Below, one piece after another: positions 11,301 to 25,900 of a DNA stretch of 64,000 nt (its first letter is position 1; each line of letters starts with the position of its first letter). Source of the stretch: the human T2T-CHM13v2.0 reference genome, Homo sapiens; NCBI RefSeq assembly GCF_009914755.1, contig NC_060933.1. One strand, 5' to 3'. A program made the position numbers and the translations under genes. A model generated the notes under the pieces. The model ran no database searches and was not told where the DNA came from. It was given only the letters and a program-made list of their open reading frames with translations.

Positions 11301-14300
11301 GATTCAGCAAAAAGAGGTATTCAAAACTGCTCAATCAAAAGATAGGTTCAACTTTGTGAGTGGAATGCATACATCAGAAAGAAGTTTCTCTGAATGGTTC
11401 TGTGTAGTTCTATTTGAAGATAATTCCTTTTCCACGATAGGGCACAAAGGGCTCTAAATATCTACTTGCAGAATCTACAAAACCAGAGATTCAAAACTGC
11501 TCATTGAGAAGATAAGTTCAACTCAATGAGTTGACTGTACACATCATGAAGAAGTTTCTTAGAATGCTTCTGTGTAGTTTTTATTGAAGATATTTTCTTT
11601 TCCACCATAGGGTGCAAAGGGCTCCAAATATCCACTTGCAGATTATAGAGAAAGAGAGACTCTAAACTGCTCAATCAAAAGATAGGTTCAACTCTGTGAG
11701 TTGAATGCCCACATCACAAAGAAGTTTCTCAGAATGCTTCTGAGTAGTTTTTATGTGAAGATGTTTCCTTTTCCACAATAGGCGGCAAAGTTCTCCAAAT
11801 ATCCACTTGCAGATTGTACAAAAATGGTGTTTCAAAACTGCGCAATGAAAAGAAAGATTCAACTCAGTGAGATGAATGCACACATCACAAAGAAGTTTCT
11901 CAGAATCCTTCTGTGTTGTTTTTATGTGAAGATATTTCCTTTCCACTATAGGCCTCAATGGGCTCCAAATATCCACTTCCATATTCTACAAAAAGAGTGT
12001 TTCAAAACTGCTCAATCATGAGATAGATTCAACCCTGTGAGATGAATGCACACGTCACGAAGTAGTTTCTCAGAATACTTCTGTGTAATTTTTATGTGAA
12101 GATATTTGCTTTTCCACAGTAGGTCTCAAAGGGCTCCAAATATCCACCTGCAGATTTTGCAAAAAGAGAGATTCAAAACTGCTCAATCAAAAGATACGTT
12201 CAACTCTGTGAGTTGAATGCATACATCACAAAGAAGTTTGTCTGAATGCTTCTTTGTAGTTTTTATTTCAAGATATTTCCTTTTGCACCACAGGGCTCAA
12301 AGGGCTCCAAATATCCACTTGCAGATTCTACAAAAGGAGAGATTCAAAACTGCTCAATGAGAAGATAAGATCAACTCTGTGAGTTGAATGCATACCTCAC
12401 AAAGAAGTTTCTCAGAATGCTTCTCTGTAGTTTTTATGTGAAGATATTTCCTTTTCCACAATAGGCCTCCAAGCTCTCCAAACATCCACATACAGGTTCT
12501 GCAAAAAGAGAGATTCAAAACTGCTCAATCAAAAGATAGGTTCAACTCTGTGACTTGAATGCACACATCGCAAAGAAGCTTCTCAGAATCTTTCTGTGTA
12601 GTTTTTATGTGAACATATTTGATTTTCCACAGTAAGCCTCAAAAGGCTCCAGATATCCACCTGCAGATTCTGCAAAAAGAGGGATTCAAAACTGCTCAAT
12701 CAAAAGATAGGATCAACTCTGTGAGTTGAATGTGTACATCACAAAGAAGTTTCTCTGAATGATTCTGTGTAGTTTTATTTGCAGATATTTCCTTTTCCAC
12801 AATAGGGTGAAAGGGCTCCAAACATCCACTTCCAGATTCTACAAAACAGAGATTGAAAACTACTCAATGAGAAGATAAGTTCAACTCAGTCAGTTGAATG
12901 CACACATCACGAAGAAGTTTCTTAGAATTCTTCTGTGTAGTTTTTATTGAAGATATTTCCTTTTCAACCATAGGGTGCAAAGGGCTCCAAATATCCACTT
13001 GCAGATTCTACAAAAAGAGTGTTTCAAAACTGCTCAATCAAAAGAAAGGTTCAACTCTGTGAGTTGAATGCCCATATCAGAAAGAAGTTTCTCAGAGTGC
13101 TTCTGAGTAGATTTTATGTGAAGATATTTCCTTTTCCACAATAGGCCTCAAAGTTCTCCAAATATCCACTTGCAGATTCTACAAAAAGAGTGTTTCAAAA
13201 CTGCTCAATCAAAAGAAAGTTTCAACTCTGTGAGATGAATGCACACATCACAAAGAAGTTTCTCAGAATGCTTCTGTGTAGTTTTTATGTGAAGCTATTT
13301 CCTTTTCCACCATAGGCCTCAAAGCTCTCCCAACATCCACTTGCAGATTCTGCAAAAAGAGAGATTCAAAAGTGCTAATTGAAAGACAGGTTGAACTCTG
13401 TGAGTTGAATGCACACAGCACAAAGAAGTTTCTCAGAATGCTTCTCTGTAGTTTTTATGTGAACATATTTGATTTTCCACAATAGGCCTCACAGCGCTCC
13501 AAATATCCACTTGCAGATTCTACAAAAAGAGAGATTCAAAACTGTTCAATCAAAAGATAGGTTCAACTCTGTGAGTTGAACGCATACATCATTAAGAAGT
13601 TTCTGGGAATGCTTCTTTGTAGTTTTTATTTGAAGATATTTCCTTTTCCACCATAGGCTGCAGAGGGCTCCAAATATCCACTTGCAGATTCAACAGAAAG
13701 AGTGTTTCAAAACTGCTCAATCAAAAGAAAGTTTCAACTCTGTGAGATGAATGCACACATCACAAAGAAGTTTCTCAGAATGCTTCTGTGTAGTTCTTAT
13801 TTGAAGATATTTGGTTTTCCACTGTAGGCCTCAAAGCGCTCCAAATATCCACTTGAAGATCCTACAAAAAGAGTATTTCAAAACTGCTCAATCATAAGCT
13901 AGGTTCAACCCTGTGAGATGAATGCACACATCACAAAGCAGTTTCTCTGAGTGATTCTGTGTAGTTTTTATTTGAAGATATTTCCTTTTCCACCATAGGG
14001 CGCAAAGGGCTCCAAATATCCACTTGGAGATTCTACCAAAAGATAAATTCAAAACTGCTCAATGAGAAGATAAGTTCAACTCTGTGAGTTGAATGCACAC
14101 CTCACAAAGTAGTTTCTCACAATGCTTCTGCATAGTTTTTATGTGAAGATATTTGCTTTTCCACTGTAGGCCTCAAAGGGCTCAAAATATCCACCTTCAG
14201 ATTGTGCAAACAGAGAGATTCAAAACTGCTCAATCAAAACATAGGTTCAACTCTGTGAGTTGAATGCACATATCACGAAGAAGTTTCTCTGAATGCTTCT

Positions 14301-17300
14301 GTGTAGTTTTTATTTCAAGATATTTCCTTTTCCACCATAGGGCGCAAAGGTCGTCAAATATCCACTTGCAGATTCTACAAAAAGTGAGATTGAAAACTCC
14401 TCAAAGAAAAGATAATTTCAACTCTGTGAGTTGAATGCACACCTCATAAAGTAGTTTCTCAGAATGCTTCTGTGTAGTTTTTATGTGAAGATATTTCCTT
14501 TTCCACAATAGGCCTCAAAGCTTTCCAAACATACACTTGTAGTTTCTGCAAAAAGAGAGATTCAAAACTGCTCAATCAAAATGTAGTTTCAACTCTGTGA
14601 GTTGAATGCAAACATGACAATGGTGTTTCTCAGAATGCTTCTGAGTAGTTTTTATGTGAAGAAATTTCCTTTTCCACAATAGGCCTCAAAGGGCTCCAAA
14701 TATCCACTTGCAGATTCCACGAAGAGAGTGTTTCAAAACTGCTCAATCAAAAGAAAGTTTCAACTCTGTGAGATGAATGAACACATCACAAAGGAGTTTC
14801 TCAGATTGCTTCCTTCTAGATTTTATGTGAAGATATTTCCTTTTCTATCATAGGCCGCAAAGCGCTCCAAATGTCCACTTGCTGATTCTACAAAAAGGGT
14901 GTTTCCAAACTACACAATCAAAAGAAAGGTTCAACTCTGTTAGATGAACGTACACATCATAAAAAAGATTCTCAGAATTCTTCTTTTTTTGTGTGAAGAT
15001 ATTTCCTTTTCCAACTTAAGCCTCAAGGTGCTTGAAATGTCCCCTTGCAGATTCTCCAAAAAGAGTATTTGAAAACTGGTTCTCCTAAAGAAAGTTGGAA
15101 CTCCAGGAGATGAGTGCAGACATCACAGAGAACTTTCTCAGAATGCTTCTATCTACTTTTTATGTGAAGATATTTCCTTCTCCACCACAGGCCTCGAAGC
15201 GCTGCCAAATGTCCACTTGCAGATTCTACAAAAAGAGAGTTTCCAATCTGCTCAATCAAAAGAAAGGTTTAACTCTGTGAGATTAATGCACGCATCACAA
15301 AAGTTTCTCAGATTGCTTCTGTCTAGATTTTATGTGAAGATATTTCCTTTTCTACCATTGGCCGCAAAGAGTTCCAAATGTCCACTTGCAGATTCTACAA
15401 AAAGAGTGTTTCCAAACTACTCAATCAAAAGAAACGTTCAACTCTGTGAGATGAACACACTCATCACAAAGAAGTTTCTCAGAATTCTTCTGTCTAATTT
15501 TTATGTGAAGATATTTCCTGTTCCACCATAGGCCTCAAGACGCTCTAAATGTTCACTTGCAGATTCTACAAAAAGAGAGTTTCAAAACTGCTCAATCAAA
15601 AGAAAGGGTTATCTCTGTGAGATGAATGCATATATCACAAACAAGTTTCTCATATTGCTTCTGTCTAGATTATATGTGAAGATATTTACTTTTCTACCAT
15701 AGACTGCAAAGCGCTCCAAATGTCCACTTGCAGACTCTACAAGAAAGAGTGGTACCAAACTGCTCAATCGAAAGAACGGTTACACTCTGTGAGAAGAACG
15801 CACACATCACAAAGAAGTTTGTCAGAATTCTTCTTTCTAGTTTTTATGTGAAGATATTTCCTTTTCCACCATAGGCCTCAAGCGTTCCAAATGTCCACTT
15901 GCAGATTCTACAAAAAGAGAGTTTCAAAACTGCTGAATCAAAAGAAAGTTTAAACTCTGTGAGATGAATGCACCCATCACTAAGAAGTTTCTCCGATTTC
16001 TTCTCTCTAGATTTTATGTGAAGGTATTACTTTTTCTACCATAGGTCGCAAAGTGCTTCAAATGTCCATTTGCAGATTCTACAAAAAAGAGTGTTTCCAA
16101 ACTGCTCAATCAAAAGAAAGGTTCAAGTCTGTGAGATGAACGCACACATTCCCAAGAAGTTTGTCAGAATTCTTCTGTCTAGTTTTTATGTGAAGATATT
16201 ACCTTTTCCACCATAGGCCTCAAAGCTCTCCAAATGTCCACTTGCAGATTCTACAAAAAGAGAGTTTCAAAACCGCTCAATCCAAAGAAAGGTTTAACTC
16301 TGTGAGATGAATGCACACATCACAAAGAAGTTTCTCAGATTGTTTCTTTCTAGATTTTATGTGAAGATATTTCTGTTTCAACCATAGGCCGCAAAGCGTT
16401 GCAAATGTCCACTTGCAGATTCTACAAAAAGAGTGTTTCCAAACTGCTCAATCAAAAGAAAATTTCAGCTTTGTGAGATGAACACACACATCACAAAGAA
16501 GATTATCAGAATTCTTCCATCTAGTTTTTATGTGAAGATATTTCCTTTTCCACCATAGGCCTCTAAGTGCTCCAAATGTCCACTTTGAGATTCTACAAAA
16601 AGAGTGTTTCCAAACTGCTCAATCAAAAGAAAGGTTTAACTCTGTGAGATGAATGCACACATCACAAAGAAGTTTCTCAGATGGCTTCTGTCTAGATTTT
16701 ATGTGAAGATATTTCCTTTTCTACCATACGCCACAAAGTTCTCCAAATGTCCACTTGCATATTCTACAGAAAGAGTGTCTCCGAACTGTTCAATCAAAAG
16801 ATAGGTTCAAATCTGTGAGATGAATGCACACGTCCCAAAGAAGTTTCTCAGAATTCTTCTGTCTAGTTTTTATGTGCAGATATTTCCTTTTCCACTGTTG
16901 GCCTCAAAGAGTTCCAAATATCCATTTGCAGATTCTACAAAAAGAGAGCTTCAAGACTGCTCAATCAAAAGAAAAGTTTAACTCCATGAGATGAATGCAC
17001 ACATCACAAAGAAGTTTCTCAGATTTCTTCTGTCTAGACTTTATGTGAAGATATTTCCTTTTCTACTACAGGCCGCAAAGCACTCCAAATGTGCACTTGC
17101 AGATTCTACAAAAGAGTGTTTCCAACCTGCTGTATCAAAAGAAAGTTTCAACTGTGGGAGATGAAAGCACGCATCACAAAGAAGTTTTTCAAAATTCTTC
17201 TGTCTAGTTTTTATGTGAAGAGATTTCCTTTTCTACCACAGGCCTAAAAGGGCTCCAAATGTCCACTTGCAGATACTACAAAAAGAGAGTTTCAAAACTG

Positions 17301-20300
17301 CTCAATAAAAAGAAAGGTTTAACTCTGTGAGATGAATGCACACATCACAAAGAAGTTTGTCAGATTGCTTCTGTCTAGATTTTATGTGAAGATATTTCCT
17401 TTTCTACCATAGGCCGCAAAGCGCTAAAATTGTCCACTTGTAGATTCTACAAAAAGAGTGTTTCCAAACAGCCCAATGAAAGGAAACTTTCAACTCTGTG
17501 TGATGAACGCACGCATCACAAAGTGATTTCACAGTATTCTTCTGTCTAGTTTTTATGTGAAGATATTTCCTTTTCCACCACAGTTCTCAAAGAGCTTCAA
17601 ATGTCCACTTGCAGATTGTTCAAAAAGTGTGGTTCCAAACTGCTCGATCAAAAAAAGTTTAACTCTGTGAGATGAACGCACACATCACAAAATAGTTTCT
17701 CAGAATTCTTCTGTCTAGTTTTTTGCGAAGGTATTTCCTTTTCCACCATAGGCCACAAAATGCTCCATATGTCCCCTTGCAAATTCCTCAAAAAGTGAGT
17801 TTCAAAACTGCTCAATCAAAAGAAAGGTTTAACTCTGAGACGAATGCACACTTCACAAAGAAGCTTCACAGATTGCTTCTGTCTATATTTTATGTGAAGA
17901 TATTTCCTTTCCTACCATAGGCCGCAAAGCACTCCAAATGTCCACTTGCAGACCCTTCAAAAAGAGTGTTTCCAAACTGCTCAAATAAAAGAAAGATTCA
18001 ACTCTGTGAGAATAAAGCACAAAAAACAAAGAAGTTTCTCAAAATTCTTCTGTCTAGTTTTTATGTGAAGATATTTCATTTTCCACCATAGACCTTAATG
18101 CGCTCAAAATGTCCACTTGCAGATTCCACGAAAAGAGTATTTCAAAACTAGTCCATCAAAAGAAAGGTTCAGACTTGGGAGATGAATGCACACATCACAA
18201 AGAAGTTTCACAGAATGCTTCTATCTATTTTTTATGTGAAGATATTTCCTATTCCACCATAGGCCTCAAAGCGCACCACATGTCCACTTGCAGATATTAC
18301 AAAAAGAGAGTTTCAAAACTGCTGAATCAAAAGAAAGGTTAAACTCTATGAGATCAATGCACGCATCAGAAAGGAGTTTCTCAGATTACTTCTGTCTAGA
18401 TTTTATATGGAGATATTTCCTTTTCAACCATAGGCTGCAAAACACACCAAATGTTCACTTGCAGATTCTGCAAAAAGAGTGTTTCCAGACTGCTCAATCG
18501 TAAGGAAAGTTCAAATGAGATGAAAACACACTTCAAAAAGAAGTTTCTCAGAATTCTTCAGTCTAGATTTTATATGAAGATATTTCCATTTCCACCATAG
18601 GCTTCAAAGCGCTCCAAAAGTCCACTTGCAGATTTTACAAAAAGAGAGTTTCAAAACTACTCCATGAAAAGAAAAGTTCAACTCTCTGAAATTAATGCAC
18701 ATATCACAATGAAGTTTCTCTGATTGCTTCTGTTAGATTTTATGTGAAGATATTTCCTTTTCCACCATAGGCCTCAAAGCACTCCAAATGTCCACTTGCA
18801 GATTCTACAAAAAGAGTGTTTCCAAACTGCTCAATCAAAGGAAAGGTTCAACTCTCTCAGATGAACGCATTCATCAAAAAGAAGTTTCTCAGAATTTTTC
18901 TGTCATTTTTTTATGTGAAGATATTTCCTTTTCCACCATAGGCCTGAAAGTGCTCCAAATGTCCACTTGCACATTCTATAAAAAGAGAGTTTCAAAACTG
19001 CTCTATCAAAAGAAAGGTTCTACTCTGTGAGATGAACACAAACATCACAAAGAAGTCTGTCAGAATTCTTCTGTCTAGTTTTTATGTGAAGATATTTCCT
19101 TTTCCACCGTACACCTCAAAGCACTCCAAATGTCCACTGGCAGATTCTACAAAAAGAGAGTCTCAAAACTGCTCAATCAAAAGAAAGGTTTAACTCTGTG
19201 AGATAAATGCATACATCAGAAAGAAGTTTCTCAGATTGCTTCTGTCTAGATTTTATGTGAAGGTATTTCCTTTTCTACCATAGGCCGAAAAGTGCTCCAA
19301 ATGTCCACTTGCAGATTCTACAAAAAGAGTGTTTCCAAACTACTCAATCAAAATAAAGATTCAACTCAGTGAGATGAACACACACATCACAAGGAAGTTT
19401 GTCAGAATTCTTCTGTCTAGTTTTTATGTGAAGATATTTCCTTTTCTACCATAGACCTCAAAGCGATCCAAATGTCCACTTGCAGATTCTACAAAAAGAG
19501 AGTTTCAAAACTGCTCAATCAAACTGAAGTTTTAACTCTCTGAGTTGAATGCACACATTACAAAGAAGTTTCTCAGATTGCTACTGTCTAGATTTTATAT
19601 GAAGATATTTCGTTTTCGTCCATAGGCCAAAAAGCACTCCAAATGTCCACTTGCAGATTCTACAAAAAGACTCTTTCCAAGCTGCTCAATCAAAAGAAAG
19701 TTTGAACTCTGTGAGATGAACGCATACATCATAAAGAAGTTTGTCAGAATTCTCTCTAGTTTTTATGTGAAGATAAATTCCTTTTCCACCATAGGCCTCA
19801 AAGCACTCCAAAGGACAATTTGCAGATTCTACAAGAAGAGGGTTTCAACACTGCTCAATCAAAAGAAAGGCTCAATTCTGTGAGATGAATGCACACATCA
19901 CAAAGAAGTTTGTCCAAATTCTTCTGTCTAGTTTTTATGTGAAGATATTTCCTTTTCCACCATAGGCCTGAAAGCACTCCAAATGTCCACTTGCAGATTC
20001 TACAAAAAGAGAGTTTCAATACTGCTCTATCAAAAGGAAGGTTTAACTCTGTGAGACGAATGCACACATCCCAAAGAAATTTCTCAGATTGCTTCTGTCT
20101 AGATTTAATGTGAAGATATTTCCTTTTCTACCATAGTCCGCAAAGCGCTCCAAATGTCCACTTGCACATTCTACAAAAAGAGGGATTCCAAACTGCTCAA
20201 TCAAAAGGAAGGTTCAACTCTGTGAGATGAATGCACACATCACAAAGAAGTTTCTCAGATTGCTTCTGTCTAGGTTTTATGTGAAGATATTTCCTTTTCC

Positions 20301-22380
20301 ACCATAGGCTTCAAAGTGCTCCAAGTGTCCACATGCAGATTCTACAAAAAGAGTGTTTCCAAACTGCTTAATCAAAAAAAAAGTTCAACTCTGTGGGATG
20401 AATGCACACATCACAAAGAAGTTTCTCAGAAATCTTCTGGCTAGTTTTTATGTGACGATACTTCCTTTTCCACCATCGTCCTGAAACAGCTCCAAATATC
20501 TACTTGCAGATTCTAAAAAAAGAGAGTTTCAAAACTGCTCAATTGAAAGAATGGTTTAACTCAGTGAGATGCATGCACACATCACAAAGAAGTTTCTCAG
20601 ATTGCTTCTGTCTAGATTTTATATGAAGATATTTCCTTTTCTAGCATAGGCCACAAATTCCTCCAAATATCCACTTGCAGTTTCCACAAAAAGAGGGTTT
20701 CCAAACTGCTCAATCAAAAGGAAGGTTCAACTCTGAGGTGAATGCACCCATCACAAAGATGTTTCTCAGAATTCTTCTGTGTAGCTTTTATGTGAAGATA
20801 TATCCTTTTCCAACATTGGCCTCAAAGCACTCCAAATGTCCACTTGCAGATTCTACAAAAAGGTAGTTTAAAAACTGCTCAATCAAAAGAAAGGTTTAAA
20901 TCTGTGAGACGAATGCGCTCATCACAAAGACGTTTCTCAGATTGCTTCTGTCTACATTTTATGTGAAGAAATTTCCTTTTCTACCATAGGACGCAAAGCA
21001 CTCCAAATATCCACGTGCAGATTATACAAAAGGAGTGTTTCTGAACTGGTCAATCAAAAGAAAGTTTCAACTCTGTGATATGAACCCACACATCACAAAG
21101 AGGTTTCTCAGAATGCTTCTATCTAGTTTTTATGTGAAGATATTTCCTTTACCACCATAGGCCTCAAAGCGCTCCAAATGTCCACATGCAGATTCTAAAA
21201 AAAGAGAGTTTCAAAACTGCTCAATAAAGAGAAAGTTTTAACTCTGTTAGATGAATGCACACATCACAAACAAGTTTCTCAGATTTCTTCTGTCTAGATT
21301 TTATGTGAAGATATTTCCTTTTCTATCATAGGCCGCAAAGTGCTCCAAATATCCACTTACACATTCTACAAAAGAATGTTTCCAAACTGCTCAATCAAAA
21401 GAAAGCTTCAACTCTGTAACATGAAAGCACACATCACGAAGAAGTTTCTCAGAATTCTTCTGTCTAGTTTTTATGTGAAGGTATTTCTTTTTCCACCAGA
21501 GGCCGCAAAGCGCTCCAAATGTCCACTTGCAGATTCAATGAAAAGAGAGTTCCAAAACTGCTCAATCAATAAAATGTTTTACTCTGTGAGATGAATGCAC
21601 ACCTCACAAAGATATTTCTCAGAATTCTTCTGTCTAGTTTTTATGTGAAGATATTTCCTTTTCAAAGATAGGCCTTAAAGCTCTCCAAATGTCCAGTTGC
21701 AGATTCTACAAAAACAGTGTTTCCAAACTGCTCAATAAAAAGAAAGGTCCAACTCTGTGATATGAGTGCACACATCACAAAGAAGTTTCTCAGAATTCTT
21801 CTGTCTAGTTTTTATGTGAAGATATTTCCTTTTCCAGCATAGGCCTCAAAGTGCTCCGAATGTCTACTTGCAGATTCTACAAAAAGTTTCAAAACTGCTC
21901 AATCAAAAGAAATGTTTAACTCTATGAGATGAATGCAGACAACACAAAGAAGTTTCTCAGATTGCTTCTGTCTAGAATTTATGTGAAGATATTTCCTTGT
22001 CTACCATAGGCTTCACAGTACTCCAAATGGTCCCTTGCAGATTCTACAAAAAGAGTGTTTCCAAACTGCTCAATCAAAAGGAAGTTTCAACTCTGTGAGA
22101 TGAACGCACACATCACAAAGAAGTTTCTCAGAATTCTTCTGTCTAGTTTTTATGGGAAGATATTTCCTTTTCCACCATAGGCCTAAAAGCGCTCCAAATT
22201 TTCACTTGCAGATTCTACAAAAAGAGAGTGTCAAAACTGCTCAATCAAAAAAAAGTTTTAACTCTGTGAGATGAAAGCACACATCACAAAGAAGTTTCTC
22301 AGATTGCTTTTGTCTAGATTTTATGTGAAGATGTTTCTTTTACTACCATAGGCCTCAAAGCGCTCCAAATGTCCACTTGC

Positions 22381-22900
22381 AGGTTCTACAAAATAGAGTT
22401 TCAAGACAGCTCAATCAAAAGAAAAGTTTAACTCTGTGAAATGAATGTGCACATCACAAAATAGTTTCTCAGATTGCTTCTGTCTGAATTCTATGTGAAG
22501 ATATTTCCTTTTCTACCATAGGCCACAAAGTGCTCCAAATGTCCACTTGCAGATTCTACAAAATAGAGTTTCAAGACAGCTCAATCAAAAGAAAAGTTTA
22601 ACTCTGTGAAATGAATGTGCACATCACAAAGTAGTTTCTCAGATTGCTTCTGTCTGAATTCTATGTGAAGATATTTCCTTTTCTACCATAGGCCACAAAG
22701 TGCTCCAAATGTCCACTTGCAGATTCTACAAAATAGAGTTTCAAGACAGCTCAATCAAAAGAAAAGTTTAACTCTGTGAAATGAATGTGCACATCACAAA
22801 GCAGTTTCTCAGATTGCTTCTGTCTGAATTCTATGTGAAGATATTTCCTTTTCTACCATAGGCCACAAAGTGCTCCAAATGTCCACTTGCAGATTCTACA
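22381..22900 (-). repeat. Near-perfect triplication of a single 170-bp alphoid monomer
   Basis: 'aaatagagtttcaagacagctc' recurs at 22391, 22561 and 22731. The copies differ essentially only at 22461/22631/22801 (at, gt, gc). Confidence 0.95.
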
Positions 22901-25900
22901 AAAAGAGTGTTTCCAAACAGCTCAATCAAAAGAAAGGTTCCACTCTGTGAGATGAACGCACACATCAGAAAGAAGTTTCCCAGTATTCTTCAATCTGGTT
23001 TTGATGTGAAGATATTTTCTTTTCCACATTGTCCTCAAACCGCTCCAAATGTACACTTCCAGATTCTACAAAAACAGAGTTTAAAAAATGCTCCATCAAA
23101 AGAAATGTTTAAGTCTCTGAGAAGAATGCACACATCACAAATTATTTTCTCATATTGCTTCTGTCTAGATTTTATTTGCAGGTATTTCCTTTTCTACCAC
23201 TGGCCACAAAGCGCTCCAAATCTGCACTTGCAGATTCTGCAAAAGGAGTGCTTCCAAAATGCTCAATCAAAATGAAGGTTCAACTCAGTGAGATTAATGC
23301 ACACATCACAAAGAAGTTTCTCAGAATTCTTCTGTCTAGTATTTATGTGAAGATATTACCTTTTCCACCAGAGGCCTAACAGCGCTCCAAATGTCCACTT
23401 GCAGATTCTACAAAAAGAGAGTTTCAAAACTGCTCAACCCAACTAAAGTTTTCACTTGTGAAATGAATGCACACATCACAAAGTAGTTTCTCAGATTGGC
23501 TCTCTCTGAATTTTATGTGAAGATATTTATTTTTCTATCATAGGCCACAAAGTGCTCCAAATGTCCACTTGCAGACTCTACAAAAAGAGTGTTTCCAAAC
23601 AGCTCAATCAAAAGAAAGTTTCAACTCTGTGAGATGAACGCACACATCAGAAAGAAGTTTGTCAGAATTCTTCTCTCTAGTTTTTATGTGAAGATAAATT
23701 CCTTTTCCACCGTAGGCTTCAAAGTGCTGCAAATGACCATTTGCAGATTCTACAAAAAGAGGGTTTCAACACTGCTCAATCAAAAGAAAGGCTCAATTCT
23801 GCGAGATGAACGCACATATCACAAAGAACTTTCTCAGAATTCTTCTGTCTTGTTTTTATGTGAAGATATTTCCTTTTAAACCATAGGCCTCAAGGCACTC
23901 GAAATGTCCACTTGAAGATTCTACAAACAGAGTATTTCAAAACTGGTCCTTCAAAAGAAAGATTCAACTCTGGGTGATTAATGCGCACATCACAAAATCT
24001 TTCTCAGAATGCTTCTATGTAGTTTTTATGTGAAGATATTTCCTTTTCCACCATAGGCCTCAAAGCGCTCCAAATGTCCACTTGCAGATTCTACAAAAAG
24101 ACAGTTTCAAAACTGCTCAATCAAAAGAAATGTTTATCTCTGTGAGATGAATGCACACATCACAAAGTTGTTTCTCAGATTACTTCTGTCTAGATTTTAT
24201 GAGAACATATTTCCTAGTCTACCATAGGCCGCAACGTGCTCCAAATGTCCACTTGCAGAGTCTATAAAAAGAGGGTTTCCAAACTGCTCAATCAAAAGAA
24301 AGTTTCAACTCTGTGAGATGAACGTGCCCATCACAAAGTTTTTCAGAATTCTTCTGTCTACTTTTTATGGGAAGATATTTCCTTTTTCACCATAAGCCTC
24401 AAAGTGCTCGAAATGTCCACTTGCAGAGTCTACGAAAAGAGAGGTTCAAAACTGCTCAATCAAAAGAATGGCTTAACTCTGTGAGATGAATGCACATATC
24501 ACAAAGAAGTTTCTCAGATTGCTTCTGTCTAGATATTATGTGAAGATAATTCCTTTTCTACCATAGGCCGCAAAGCGCTCCAAATGTCCACTTGCAGATT
24601 CTAAAAAAGAGAGTTTCCAAACTACTCAATCAACAGAAATGTTCAAATCTGTGAAATGAATGCACACATCACAAAGAAGTTTCTCAGAAATCTTCTGTCT
24701 ATTTTTATGTGGAGATATTTTCTTTTCCACCGAAGGCCTCGAAGTGCTCCAATTGTCCACTTGCAGATTCTACAAAAAGAGAGTTTCAAAACTCCTCAAT
24801 CAAAAGAAAGGTTTAACTCTGTGAGATGAAAGCACACATCACAAAGAAGTTTCTCAGATTGCTTCTGTGTAGGTTTTATGTGAAGATATTTCCTTTTCTA
24901 CCATAGGCCGCATAGCGCTCCAAATGTCCACTTGCAGATTCTACAAAAAGAGAGTTTCCAAACTGCTCAATCAAAAGAAAGTTTCAACTCTGTGAGATGA
25001 ACGCACACATCACCAAGAAGTTTCTCAGAATTCTTCTGTCTAGTTTTTATGGGAAGATATTTCTTTTTCCACCATAGGCCTAAAAGGGCTCCAAATGTCC
25101 ACTTCCAGATTCTACAAAAAGAGAGTTTCAAAACTGCTCAATCATAAGAAATTTTAACTCTGTGAGATGAATGCACACATCACAAAGAAGTTTCTCAGAT
25201 TGCTTTTGTCTAGATTTTATGTGAAGATATTTCCTTTTCTACCATAAGCCTCAAAGCGCTCCAAATGTCCACTTGCAGATTCTACAAAATAGAGTTTCAA
25301 GACAGCTCAATCAAAAGAAGTGTTTAACTCTGTGAGATGAATGCACACATCACAAAGATGTTTCTCAGAATGCTTCTGTCTAGTTCTTAAATGAAGATGT
25401 TTCCTATTCCACCATAGGACTCAAAGGGCTCCCAATGTCCACTTGCAGATTCTACAAAAAGAGTGTTTAAACCTGCTCAATCAGAAGAAATGTTCAATCC
25501 GGTGAGATGAATGCCCACAACACAAAGGATTTTCTATGAATGATTCTGTCTAGTTTTTATGTGCACATATTTCCTTTTAAACCATAGGCCTCAAAGCGCT
25601 TCAAATGTACACTTGCAGATTCCACAAAAAGAGTTTTTCAAAGCTGCTCAATGAAAAGAAAGGTTCTAATCTGTGTGAAGAATGTACACATAACAAAGAA
25701 GTTTGTCAGAATATTTCTGTATAGTTTTTATATTAAGGTATTTACTTTTCCACCATAGGCCTCAAAGAGCTCCAAATGTCCACATGCAGATTCTACAAAA
25801 AGAGTGTTTCAAAGCTGCTCATTCAAAAGAAAGGTTCAACTCTGTGACATGAATGCGCAATCATGAAGAAGTTTGTCAGAATGCTTCTGTCTAGTTTTTA

